Notes under the pieces: generated by a model | What the model was told of the DNA's origin: nothing | The model's database searches: none | The model's input: the letters and a program-made list of their open reading frames with translations, nothing else | Source of the DNA: Myxococcota bacterium | GTDB taxonomy: Bacteria > Myxococcota_A > UBA9160 > SZUA-336 | Assembly: GCA_965247115.1 (NCBI GenBank) | Contig: CBDFGR010000003.1 | Location: 2,400,001 to 2,464,000 of the forward strand | DNA length: 64,000 bases | Direction of reading: 5' to 3' | Translations under genes and position numbers: made by a program | Part shown: positions 1 through 8,756 of the stretch, in pieces | Numbering within the stretch: position 1 is the stretch's first letter | Layout: each line of letters starts with the position of its first letter

Positions 1-1
1 T

Positions 2-709
2 CCGGGCGCAACCGAGTCACAACTGGAGCTTGCCAGCGAAGCGAAGGGTGCCATCGATCGATCGTGGAGTCGCCTCATACGAGGCATCCTGTTGGTTCAG
101 GTTCAAAAGCACTACCTGTGGGGCATCACCGATCTTCTCGCGCTCCGTATGACCTCGATGTACAGGTACATGCGGCTTCAAGCAGAGGGAGTCGCCCTGC
201 TCCGGCTGATCTTCGATCGCCCGGATCTCGCCTGGGCGTGGTTCGACCTGTCTCCGGTGGGTCCTGCAGGCCCGAGGTTCTTTCGCAATCACCGCCAGGC
301 GATGCAGGGCTATATGCGCCAAGATCAGCTAGACGACGACTACGACGTCGGTTCAGGAGTAGGACAACACATTCGGCCTGTTGGTGTCGTCTATGGGCTC
401 ACTCAGTCGACCTTCATCGAACGAGGCCGGCGCGTCCATGAGTTGCGACTTCGGTTCCAAGAGACGCACCTAGACGAAACCGAGGGAAGGCGCGACTTCC
501 TGCTGGTGCTGACGCGGTTCCTTCGCACTCAGCAAAGGGTCTTCAGCGCTCTCGTGCAATGTCTCCCGGAGGCTGATGATCGCCTGCTACGCGATACCCG
601 GGTGCCGAGATTCCGCGGCCTGGTGGATCGACTCTTCAAGAAATTCGCAGACGCGTACCCGGACTTCTCTTCTAATGCTCGTGAGATGGCGAAGAAGACC
701 GAGACCTAG
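2..709 (+). CDS. hypothetical protein, 5'-truncated by window edge (probable island cargo)
   Basis: The frame of ORF 92..709 is open back to position 2 (PGATESQLELASEAKG...) and ends in TAG at 707-709. No recognisable motif. Confidence 0.55.
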   Translation, partial: PGATESQLELASEAKGAIDRSWSRLIRGILLVQVQKHYLWGITDLLALRMTSMYRYMRLQAEGVALLRLIFDRPDLAWAWFDLSPVGPAGPRFFRNHRQAMQGYMRQDQLDDDYDVGSGVGQHIRPVGVVYGLTQSTFIERGRRVHELRLRFQETHLDETEGRRDFLLVLTRFLRTQQRVFSALVQCLPEADDRLLRDTRVPRFRGLVDRLFKKFADAYPDFSSNAREMAKKTET

Positions 710-722
710 CGGAGGAGACTGT

Positions 723-946
723 ATGTCCGACGAAGACCTTCGCGCGTCGATCGACTCCACGCCGAAAACGAAGCCTTGAGTCAAACCGACTCGCGAACTC
801 CGCCTCCAGGTGAGCCAGAAGAAGGGTGTGTACGGCATCCGCCGCTTCCCGGTCACCTTCTACGCCGATGAGTGGGAGAGGATCCTGGGTATGGCATGCG
901 ACATCCGGGCTTCATCCAGGAGAACGAGGCACGGCTGAAGCGGAAG
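723..946 (+). pseudogene. frameshifted remnant of a small conserved hypothetical protein (MSDEDLR...LQVSQK.GVYGIRRFPVTFYADEWERILGMA..IR.FIQENEARLKRK)
   Basis: Strong RBS GGAGGAG at 711-717 before ATG 723. Pieces in different frames join into a recognisable ~75-aa family (VSxKGGVSVYGxxRFPVTxYxxxW). Needs at least 2 frameshifts. Confidence 0.55.
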
Positions 947-1029
947 TCTCGCGCTCGTGAGGTGACCCGCTGGAGTTCGTCGAGCTTGAGCGCATCGTCC
1001 TGTATCGGCGGCGGAGCGCCCCGATGCGT

Positions 1030-1051
1030 TTGACAGCTACGTTGACAGCTA
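1030..1051 (+). repeat. direct repeat TTGACAGCTA x2 (putative integrase arm-type sites)
   Basis: TTGACAGCTA at 1030-1039 and 1042-1051, about 115 bp from the tRNA 3' fragment. Confidence 0.55.
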
Positions 1052-1122
1052 TACGACTGGGACGGCCCCGAACGGAACGGGATGGTATGGGACACTCAAC
1101 CAGCTGAAGATAAAACGGTTTC

Positions 1123-1156
1123 GGACGAAACAGGACACAGCCGGACAGTACCGGAC
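1123..1156 (+). repeat. GGAC x4 with exact 10-bp period next to att core
   Basis: GGAC starts at 1123, 1133, 1143 and 1153. Confidence 0.6.
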
Positions 1157-1166
1157 GGTCCCTCGG

Positions 1167-1229
1167 GCGGTCTCGAAAACCGTTGAGGGTGCAAGTCCTC
1201 CGGGGGTTCGAATCCCCCTCTCTCCGCCA
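1167..1229 (+). mobile_element. att site: 3' part of tRNA-Ser(CGA) (anticodon arm to CCA), 5' half missing
   Basis: GCGGT-CTCGAAA-ACCGT anticodon arm, long variable arm, GGGGG-TTCGAAT-CCCCC T arm, TCTCTCCGCCA end. There is no GGAGAG acceptor 5' strand or D arm upstream. Confidence 0.85.
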
Positions 1230-1292
1230 GAATTCGGGGGACATAAGGCTCGGCCGTTAGCGCGCGAGCATGAATCCTCGACTGGGCAAGCC

Positions 1293-2834
1293 CTATTGCG
1301 AGGGCGGCACCAGCATCTCCATCACCTGGTCGATGGTGAAGCTCGCTGGCCTCTGGCGCGGGGGGAACTCCTTGAATGTCCCGAGGAAGTTCGCCACGTA
1401 CTGCTGTGCGGGCACGAGCAGAAAGACGCGGTCGATCATCCAGTCGTAGTAGGTGTTCGAGGTGGAGTACGCCCGCTCGTAGGGGTCCCGGCGCAGATGG
1501 AGCATCAGAGGGATGCGAAGCGGGGTCCAGGGCTCGATCCAGGCCCGCAACGTTGCCTCGGACTTCTGCTCCAAGAAGAGCAGCTTCCAGTCCCTGTAGC
1601 GCAGGGCCGTCAGCTCGCCCGTGTCGGCGAAGTAGAAGATCTCGTCCCGCGGCCCCTTCTCGACCTGACCTGTCAGGTGCGGCAGGAAGTTGTAGCCGTC
1701 GAGGTGGACCTTGAACCTCTTGCCATCCGCGCGGTGCCCCTTCAGCAGCTTCTCTTTGACGTCGGGCTCACCGGCAGCGGCCAGGAACGTGGGCGTCCAG
1801 TCCATGTGGTGCATGATCTCGTTGGACACCGAGCCGGCTGCGATCTTGCCAGGCCAACGCACCGCCGCGGGAACGCGCCAGCCACCCTCCCAGTTGGTAT
1901 TCTTCTCCCCTCGGAAAGGCGTGGCTGCGGCATCGGGCCAGGTGTTGTAGTGAGGCCCGTTGTCGGTGCTGTAAAAGACGATGGTGTCGTCGACGATGCC
2001 GAGCTCGTCGAGCTTTGCCAGCAACATGCCGACGTGGCGGTCGTGCTCGACCATGCCGTCGGAGTACTCGTCCTGCCCGGAGATCCCGCGAAGCTCGGGC
2101 TTCACGTGCGTACGAAAGTGCATGCGTGTGCCGTTCCACCACGTGAAGAAGGGCTTGCCCGCCTTGTGCTGGCGCTCGATGAAGTCCAGCGCCGCGGCGA
2201 TGGTCTCATCGTCGATCGTCTCCATGCGCTTCTTCGTTAGCGGACCCGTGTCCTCGATGGGGCCTCCGGCGAAGGACTTGATCACGCCGCGCGGGCCGAA
2301 GCGCTTGCGGAAGTTCGGGTACTTCGCCGCGTCCGGATAGTCCTCATTCTCGGGCTCCTCCTCGGCGTTCAGGTGGTATAGGTTGCCGAGGAACTCGTCG
2401 AAACCGTGGGCCGTGGGTAAGAACTCGTCCTTGTCCCCGAGGTGGTTCTTTCCGAACTGCCCCGTGGCATACCCATGGTTCTTGAGCAGATCCGCGATCG
2501 TCGGATCCTCCTTTTGCAGGCCGAGGTCGGCGCCGGGAAGGCCGACCTTGCTCAGCCCCGTGCGGAAGACGCTCTGACCCGTGATGAACGACGAGCGGCC
2601 GGCGGTGCAGCTCTGCTCCCCGTAGTAATCGGTGAAGATCATTCCTTCGTTCGAGATGCGATCGATGTTCGGCGTGCGGTAGCCCATCACACCTTTCGTA
2701 TAGGCGCTGATGTTGGACTGGCCGATGTCGTCGCCCCAGATGACCAGAATGTTCGGCTTGTCCGCGGCTGCCGCTGCCAGCGGGATCACGGCCGTGAGCA
2801 GGATCGTGAAGAGAGTCGATTTCAGGGGATTCAT
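1293..2834 (-). CDS. arylsulfatase (Cys-type, signal peptide)
   Basis: KPNILVIWGDD, SCTAGR formylglycine motif, GKNHLG, STDNG. RBS GGAGGT before ATG 2834. Confidence 0.93.
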   Translation of the reverse strand: MNPLKSTLFTILLTAVIPLAAAAADKPNILVIWGDDIGQSNISAYTKGVMGYRTPNIDRISNEGMIFTDYYGEQSCTAGRSSFITGQSVFRTGLSKVGLPGADLGLQKEDPTIADLLKNHGYATGQFGKNHLGDKDEFLPTAHGFDEFLGNLYHLNAEEEPENEDYPDAAKYPNFRKRFGPRGVIKSFAGGPIEDTGPLTKKRMETIDDETIAAALDFIERQHKAGKPFFTWWNGTRMHFRTHVKPELRGISGQDEYSDGMVEHDRHVGMLLAKLDELGIVDDTIVFYSTDNGPHYNTWPDAAATPFRGEKNTNWEGGWRVPAAVRWPGKIAAGSVSNEIMHHMDWTPTFLAAAGEPDVKEKLLKGHRADGKRFKVHLDGYNFLPHLTGQVEKGPRDEIFYFADTGELTALRYRDWKLLFLEQKSEATLRAWIEPWTPLRIPLMLHLRRDPYERAYSTSNTYYDWMIDRVFLLVPAQQYVANFLGTFKEFPPRQRPASFTIDQVMEMLVPPSQ

Positions 2835-3077
2835 GCTACCTCCGTCCATAAGGCTTATTTCAAGGGGTTCAGAATGATGGGCGCGAAGAACACGTCCGAG
2901 AGCGGGCAGGCTGCGGAGTGGCGATGAGCAGGAGGATCAGCAGCGCCTGTAGGATCAATGGAACTTCTCAACTTGGACCTGTGGGTGGGGAGGTGATAAC
3001 AGATTCGGTCGACGCGGACCCAGGTTTTAGAAGACTGGCTCTGTAGCGACGGGTCGGAGTTCCTGGAGGACTGATCG

Positions 3078-4772
3078 ATGTGGACTCGGGGTTTTGTTGC
3101 GGTGCTCCTGCTCTCCTGTGGCTGCTCGCGGATGGCCGAGACGGCCGGTGAGGCCGAGGTCCGACTGGTGTTGCAGATCACGGTGGATCAGCTTCGCGGA
3201 GATCTGCCCGATCGCGTGCTCGATCGGCTGGAACCCGGGGGCTTCCGCTATCTCTACGAAGAGGGCATCCACTACGCCAACGCTCACTATCAACACGCCA
3301 ATACGGAGACCATCGTGGGGCACGCCACGTTGGCGACAGGGGCGCATCCCGCGGATCACGGAATGGTGGGCAATCTCTGGCTGGATCGAGCGACAGGGGA
3401 GCTGACCTACAACGTCGAGGACGCGAACTATCCGCTGCTCACGGCGGGAGCCGGCGTCGACGAGGCGACGGAGATCGATCCCACCCAGAGGGCGGCGAGG
3501 TCCCAGGGACGCTCGCCCATGGCATTGCTGGTCTCGACTTTTTCGGACGAGCTCGCCATCGCCACGGCGGGTAGGGCGAAGATCTTCGGAGTCTCGGTGA
3601 AGGACCGCGGCGCGATCGCGCTCGCGGGCCACTCGGGCAAGGCGTTCTGGTTCTCCAAGGCCAGCGGGGAGTTCGTGACCAGCCGCTACTACTACGACCA
3701 ATATCCGGAATGGTTGGAGGCCTGGAATCGGGAACGACGTCCCCACCGCTACGCCAGAAAGGCCTGGAAGCTCTCGAGACCCCGGGAGACCTATCTCTCG
3801 GGACAAGCGGACGATCGCATCTGGGAGACCGACTTCCCGGGTTACGGACGGGTCTTTCCGCATCCTTACGGCGAGGCGGAGGGCAAGTACTTCAATACGC
3901 TCCTGACCCTGAGCCCGGCCGGGGACGAATTGACCCGCGAGCTGGCCGAGGCCGTTCTGGTGAACGAGCCCATGGGGCAAGACGAGATCCCCGACTTCCT
4001 GAGCGTCAGCTTCTCGAGCACGGACTACGTGGGCCATCTCTTCGGACCGGCCAGCCTGGAGGCCGAGGACAACCTGCTCCGCCTCGACCGCACCCTTGCA
4101 ACCCTGCTGGCCTTCGTCGATCAGAGGGTGGGGCTCAACCACACACTGGTCGTGCTATCCGCCGATCATGGCGGCCCCGAGGTGCCAGGCTACCTGACCT
4201 CCCAGGGATTGCAGGCGAACTACGTCGATCCGGAGAGCTGGAACCGGGCCTCCGGGATGGCCGCGCTGAAGGCAAGATTCGGGATTTCGGAGGAACTCAT
4301 TGCTTCCTACTCCCATCCCTATGTCTACCTGGATCTGGGACTGCTCGCGAGGAAAGGTCTCGATCCAGCCGAGGTGGCCGCCGCGGTCGCAGCCGAGGTG
4401 GTGAAGCTCGATGGGGTATCTGCCGCCGTTTCCAGCTACGACCTGGCGAAGGGACGAGTGCCAGACACGCCCCAGCTGCGCTCGATCCTCAACAACTATC
4501 ACCCCAAACGATCGGGCGACATCTTTGTGGTTTTCGAGCCTCATCGCTTTATCAACGACTTCGACGGGTTGACGGTGGCGGCGACCCACGGCTCGCCCTG
4601 GAGCTACGACACTTTTGTGCCGATCCTCTTCGCCGGCCCGGGTATCCGGCCGCAGGTGATCCATCGCCCGGTAGCCCCCACCGGGATCGCCAGCACGCTG
4701 GCCGCTTACCTCGGTCTCAAGGCGCCTTCCGGAGCGCTGGGCGACGTGCTGGTGGAGGTGCTCGGAGGCTGA
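3078..4772 (+). CDS. alkaline phosphatase family protein (PafA/phosphodiesterase-like), probable lipoprotein
   Basis: ITVDQLR, ETIVGHATLATG (Thr nucleophile), SADHG, THGSPWSYD. RBS GGAGGA. LLSCGC lipobox-like. Confidence 0.9.
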   Translation: MWTRGFVAVLLLSCGCSRMAETAGEAEVRLVLQITVDQLRGDLPDRVLDRLEPGGFRYLYEEGIHYANAHYQHANTETIVGHATLATGAHPADHGMVGNLWLDRATGELTYNVEDANYPLLTAGAGVDEATEIDPTQRAARSQGRSPMALLVSTFSDELAIATAGRAKIFGVSVKDRGAIALAGHSGKAFWFSKASGEFVTSRYYYDQYPEWLEAWNRERRPHRYARKAWKLSRPRETYLSGQADDRIWETDFPGYGRVFPHPYGEAEGKYFNTLLTLSPAGDELTRELAEAVLVNEPMGQDEIPDFLSVSFSSTDYVGHLFGPASLEAEDNLLRLDRTLATLLAFVDQRVGLNHTLVVLSADHGGPEVPGYLTSQGLQANYVDPESWNRASGMAALKARFGISEELIASYSHPYVYLDLGLLARKGLDPAEVAAAVAAEVVKLDGVSAAVSSYDLAKGRVPDTPQLRSILNNYHPKRSGDIFVVFEPHRFINDFDGLTVAATHGSPWSYDTFVPILFAGPGIRPQVIHRPVAPTGIASTLAAYLGLKAPSGALGDVLVEVLGG

Positions 4773-4864
4773 TGCCAAGGGGTCGAGCCTAGAAGGCGAA
4801 GCACGTTAAGTTCATCGGTAGTGGGTCTGCTTTACTCCTCGCAAGTCTTACATCGGAGAACGTT

Positions 4865-5476
4865 ATGTCAGAAACGCATCCGAGCGTCTCAATCGAAGTG
4901 CCTGGCTATTCAGGTAGAGGTGTTGCGGTTAGCGCGGGTGCGACGATCCGGGTCACGAACCTGCACGGCACCCAAATTGGTGACATGTTCGCGCTCCTAC
5001 AATCCGATCCAACCGAATACCTCGACACCGCTCGAACCCGATTAATGACGGGACGCCTGTTTCCTGAAGTACAACAGCAGTTCTACTCGAATCATCAGCG
5101 TTCGCTGTTGACGTTCCTGACCGATACCTCGCCTGGGGTGCATGACTCGCTCTACGCCACGTGCGATGTCAACCTTCACGAGATGATCGGAGCTGGGAAA
5201 GACCACCCGAATTGCCACGATAACTATCTATCCGCGGTGAAATCTCTGGGATTGGATATCGACCTCGTGCCGGGCCCTGCGAATCTATTTCAAGATACAC
5301 CGGTTGCTGCCGACGGCACGCTCAGCGCTGGGCCCTCACCCGCGCGCGCAGGCGACTACGTCGAGTTTCGCGCGGAGAGAGACGTGTATTTTGTGCTGAC
5401 CGCATGTTCTGTCGACATCGGATCTGACATCAACGGCGGCGAGTCGAAACCGCTACAAATCGATGTGTTTGCATAA
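4865..5476 (+). CDS. DUF1989 / urea carboxylase-associated family protein
   Basis: GTQIGDMFA, DTSPGVHDSLYATC, NCHDNY, NLFQ, GDYVEFRAERD..LTACS. Confidence 0.88.
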   Translation: MSETHPSVSIEVPGYSGRGVAVSAGATIRVTNLHGTQIGDMFALLQSDPTEYLDTARTRLMTGRLFPEVQQQFYSNHQRSLLTFLTDTSPGVHDSLYATCDVNLHEMIGAGKDHPNCHDNYLSAVKSLGLDIDLVPGPANLFQDTPVAADGTLSAGPSPARAGDYVEFRAERDVYFVLTACSVDIGSDINGGESKPLQIDVFA

Positions 5477-5493
5477 CTCAGACAGCGCGCCGC

Positions 5494-5568
5494 ATCATGT
5501 CCGAAGGAGACTGGGCCGCCGGCCTCGTGGTTGATTCGGCCGCGAGCGACGAGCAGACCGAGGCCGTG
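5494..5568 (+). repeat. 75-bp orphan copy of an internal part of the DUF1326 gene (6866-6940)
   Basis: 73/75 identity. The two differences are synonymous third positions (GAC/GAT, GTT/GTC). Confidence 0.9.
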
Positions 5569-5871
5569 ACCATCTGAGGTTCGAAGGCGAGGACGGCCCC
5601 AAGCAGGTCTTGGCGCCGAGGCCGTGCTCACCAAGTTCCGGCAGCTGGCTCGAGGTGGTGGACGGCGAGTGCCTGCCGGTTCCAGCGGCCTCGTTGGCAG
5701 TTCACATTGCGCACGCCCGGGTGTAGGGTACGAGTAAGCAAGGATCGCCGACTCCCCCCCGGTTCTACCCAGGCGGCCGTGAAGTAGATCCGAAAGCAAG
5801 ATGGCGGAGCCACTATCAACATCACCACGATCTTGGCGCTGCGCGGATCGGATCCCGAAGAGGAGACAACC

Positions 5872-6417
5872 ATGCCGAGGCTTCAACCCGTAGACCATCA
5901 AGAAAGTAGTGGAGCTCAGCGAGAGCTTCTCGACGCGGTAAAGAAGCAGATGGGTCGCGTCCCCAACTTGATGGCGACCTTCGCCCAAGCACCTGCGGCT
6001 CTCCGGGCGTTTCTCGACGTTCGCGAAGCGCTCGCGGCCGGCATCCTCCCGGCCCGGCTGTGCGAGCAGATCGCCCTGCTGGTCGCGCAACAGAACGAAT
6101 GCGAGTATTGCTTGGCCGCCCATTCGGCGATTGGGAAGTCTCTTGGGCTCAGCCAGGACGAGATTCTCGACAGCCGGCGCGGCCTGCTCGATGGTGCTCA
6201 AGCCACCGCTGCGCTGCAGTTCGCCCGCGCTGTCGTTGAGAAGCGCGGTTCGGTGAGTGACAAAGACATAGGCTCAGTGCGCGATGCGGGGTTCGGCGAC
6301 GCCGAGATCGCCGAGATCGTGGCCAACGTCGCCCTCAACATCTTTGCCAACTACTTCAACCACGTTGCGCAGCCCGAAGTCGACTTCCCGAGGGTCGAGG
6401 CGATTTCGCAAAGCTGA
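5872..6417 (+). CDS. carboxymuconolactone decarboxylase / AhpD-like peroxidase-related protein
   Basis: GRVPNL, EQIALLVAQQNECEYCLAAH, NIFANYFNHVA..EVDFP. RBS GAGGAG. Confidence 0.9.
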   Translation: MPRLQPVDHQESSGAQRELLDAVKKQMGRVPNLMATFAQAPAALRAFLDVREALAAGILPARLCEQIALLVAQQNECEYCLAAHSAIGKSLGLSQDEILDSRRGLLDGAQATAALQFARAVVEKRGSVSDKDIGSVRDAGFGDAEIAEIVANVALNIFANYFNHVAQPEVDFPRVEAISQS

Positions 6418-6539
6418 GGCACGAGGGATCAAGGAGGTCACGAGCGGTCCTCCCGACGCTCCACGAGGCCGTGGCGGATCTCGAACGTTTCGTTCTCCTC
6501 GCGCGCGCCGAGAGGACCCCGGACGGCACGGGATGGTAT

Positions 6540-6581
6540 GGTGCAAGTCCTCCGGGGGTTCGAATCCCCCTCTCTCCGCCA
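6540..6581 (+). mobile_element. second tRNA-Ser 3' fragment (att remnant)
   Basis: GGTGCAAGTCCTCCGGGGGTTCGAATCCCCCTCTCTCCGCCA is identical to 1188-1229. It is preceded by a near copy of 1066-1090. Confidence 0.85.
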
Positions 6582-6646
6582 CTGCACGCGAGAGTTTTTC
6601 GACGTGTGGGAGTAGACTGAGCTCGAACGACCAGGGAGTTAACCCG

Positions 6647-7288
6647 ATGGCATCCCAGCCCCAGAGCAGTGCTTGGGAAATTCGCGGCGAGTACATGGAA
6701 GCCTGTAGCTGTGACTTCCTTTGCCCGTGTATCACGAAGAATTCCACGACGCCCGCCACCCATGACTATTGCAAGGTCGCCCTCGCATTCGAGGTCGAGT
6801 CCGGTCGCTACGGTGCCGTGTCCCTCGCCGGCGTGCGCTTCGTCCTGTTCGCTCAGTCTCGGGCGATCATGTCCGAAGGAGATTGGGCCGCCGGCCTCGT
6901 GGTCGATTCGGCCGCGAGCGACGAGCAGACCGAGGCCGTGGCCGAGATCGCGAGCGGACGGGTGGGAGGGCCTCCCGCCCATCTGTTGCCCCTCATTACT
7001 GACTTCCGTGGCGTCGAGCGTCACCCGATCCATTTCGAGAGGAGCGGACACGCATATCAGGTCAAGATCGAGGGTCTGCTCGATCAAAGCATTGTGGGAG
7101 TCGAAAGTGTGAGCGCCGCCGGCGAGTGCATCGTCGTCGACAACGTCGGCCACCCGGTAGCGAAACGCCTGAACCTCGCCACCGCAGTGCGCAACGTGAT
7201 TCGCGCGTTCGGAATCGAGTGGAGCGGCGAGGCCGATCAAACCAACGGCCATTTCGCCCCCTTCGACTGGCGGGGCGAGGTTGCGTGA
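6647..7288 (+). CDS. DUF1326 domain-containing protein
   Basis: WEIRGEYMEACSCDFLCPC, YCKVALAF, C-terminal NGHFAPFDW. RBS AGGGAG. Confidence 0.88.
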   Translation: MASQPQSSAWEIRGEYMEACSCDFLCPCITKNSTTPATHDYCKVALAFEVESGRYGAVSLAGVRFVLFAQSRAIMSEGDWAAGLVVDSAASDEQTEAVAEIASGRVGGPPAHLLPLITDFRGVERHPIHFERSGHAYQVKIEGLLDQSIVGVESVSAAGECIVVDNVGHPVAKRLNLATAVRNVIRAFGIEWSGEADQTNGHFAPFDWRGEVA

Positions 7289-8070
7289 GTCGCGCGTTCC
7301 CTAGACCGGACCTCGCTTTCTCCACGTCAATCACATCTGCTGCCCTGCTCGCGATTGGGGCCGCGGCGTGGATCTTTCTGGTTCTCAGCGAACGGACGAT
7401 GACCAGCATGGCGGGCGCGGGCCCGCTGAACGAGCTCATGCGCATCATGATGCAGCCCGCGAACGCCGCTCCGTATCTCCTTGCGGCGTTCTCGATGTGG
7501 CTGGTGATGATGATCGCGATGATGATGCCCGCTGTGATGCCCATGACGAAGGCGTATCACCGACTCGATCGGGGTCACGGAGGGCAGGCAAGTCCCGCCT
7601 GGTTCGTTCTCGGCTACTTCGCCGGCTGGACGGCGTTTGCGGTGGTTGCCGCGGTGCTCCAGTGGTGGTTGCACAAAGGCGGATGGTTGCGGGGTCATGC
7701 TCTCGCCAGCGGGCCGCTGCTCGGCGGCTTTGTGGTGGCCGCGGCGGGCATCTATCAGCTCACACCGGTCAAGGAAGCCTGCCTGGCACGCTGCCGAAGC
7801 CCGCTTCGCTTTTTTCTCGACCATTGGGAAGCCGGGCGCCGAGGCGCCCTCCGCATGGGGCTACGCCACGGGCTCTTCTGTATTGGGTGTTGCTGGGTGC
7901 TCATGCTGATCATGTACGCCGGTGGAGCCATGAGCGTCTTGGTGATGGCGGGGTTGAGCATCTTCATTTTGGCGGAGCGCTTGTTGCCCGACGGGCCGTG
8001 GGTATCTCGGATTCCAGGTGCCGCTCTTTTTTGTGGCGGGGTCTTTCTAGTGCTCGCTTCCACCTTCTGA
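7285..8070 (+). CDS. DUF2182 putative metal-binding integral membrane protein
   Basis: WLVMMIAMMMP, YQLTPVKEACLARCRSP, GLFCIGCCWVLM. GTGA overlap with the DUF1326 gene, its usual partner. Confidence 0.88.
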   Translation: MSRAFPRPDLAFSTSITSAALLAIGAAAWIFLVLSERTMTSMAGAGPLNELMRIMMQPANAAPYLLAAFSMWLVMMIAMMMPAVMPMTKAYHRLDRGHGGQASPAWFVLGYFAGWTAFAVVAAVLQWWLHKGGWLRGHALASGPLLGGFVVAAAGIYQLTPVKEACLARCRSPLRFFLDHWEAGRRGALRMGLRHGLFCIGCCWVLMLIMYAGGAMSVLVMAGLSIFILAERLLPDGPWVSRIPGAALFCGGVFLVLASTF

Positions 8071-8089
8071 ACCACGCGCCGTGCAGCAA

Positions 8090-8134
8090 TTGAGGGTGCA
8101 CGTCCTCCGGGAGTTCGAATCTCCCTCTCCGCCA
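8090..8134 (+). mobile_element. third, diverged tRNA-Ser 3' fragment (att remnant)
   Basis: TTGAGGGTGCACGTCCTCCGGGAGTTCGAATCTCCCTCTCCGCCA. The T stem is GGGAG/CTCCC instead of GGGGG/CCCCC. Confidence 0.8.
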
Positions 8135-8197
8135 TGATGTGCTGAACACGTGCCGCGACGGAATGATAGGCTGAGATGGATTCGGAGGTGTCGTCCC

Positions 8198-8608
8198 ATG
8201 GATCGTCCCAAGCCCGGCGTCGCTCTCACGATCCTGGCCTTACTCTTCGTTATCCTCGCCGTGCAGAGCTTCCTGTTGCCGTTCAACACGGGGCCGGTCT
8301 CGGGATTCATGCTGTTCGGGGTTCGCACGGATGGACTTCTGGAGGCGATCGTTGCCCGCGTGCACGCGGTCCTCATGCTCGGGCTCGCGTACGGTATCTG
8401 GCGGCTCAGGCGCTATGCGCTCTACTTCCTGCTGGTCTACACACCGTACATACTGTTGAATCACATCCTGTTCACGTTGCGCTACGAGTGGCCCTCTCCG
8501 GAGAGCCTCACCGTTCCCCAGTTCGCGGCCATCTCCCTTCTCATCGGGCTCGGCGTGCCCGGCGGAACGGCCTATCTGCTCTCAAGGCGTCGTCCCGAAT
8601 TGAGCTGA
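8198..8608 (+). CDS. hypothetical membrane protein (4 TM)
   Basis: RBS GGAGGT, RPKPGVALTILA start, four hydrophobic segments. Confidence 0.7.
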   Translation: MDRPKPGVALTILALLFVILAVQSFLLPFNTGPVSGFMLFGVRTDGLLEAIVARVHAVLMLGLAYGIWRLRRYALYFLLVYTPYILLNHILFTLRYEWPSPESLTVPQFAAISLLIGLGVPGGTAYLLSRRRPELS

Positions 8609-8756
8609 GCTGCGCATAGCATCCGCCGTCGAAGACGGTCCGATTTGCTGCAGAGCTGCGCGTTGCAGAGAGGTCGTAGAGCGCTCCTCTGTTGGCGAGA
8701 GAGTCCGCTACAGTCGGCCTTGCTAGGCGCCGATGCGGAGCACGAGAGGCGGCCTC

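Noticed and set aside
777..779. Selenocysteine read-through at the TGA of the small ORF at 723
   Set aside because: Homology continues in a different frame (frameshift) and there is no Cys-type motif.
1140..1229. Intact tRNA-Ser gene
   Set aside because: No 5' acceptor strand (GGAGAG) or D arm upstream of the anticodon stem. Treated as an att fragment.
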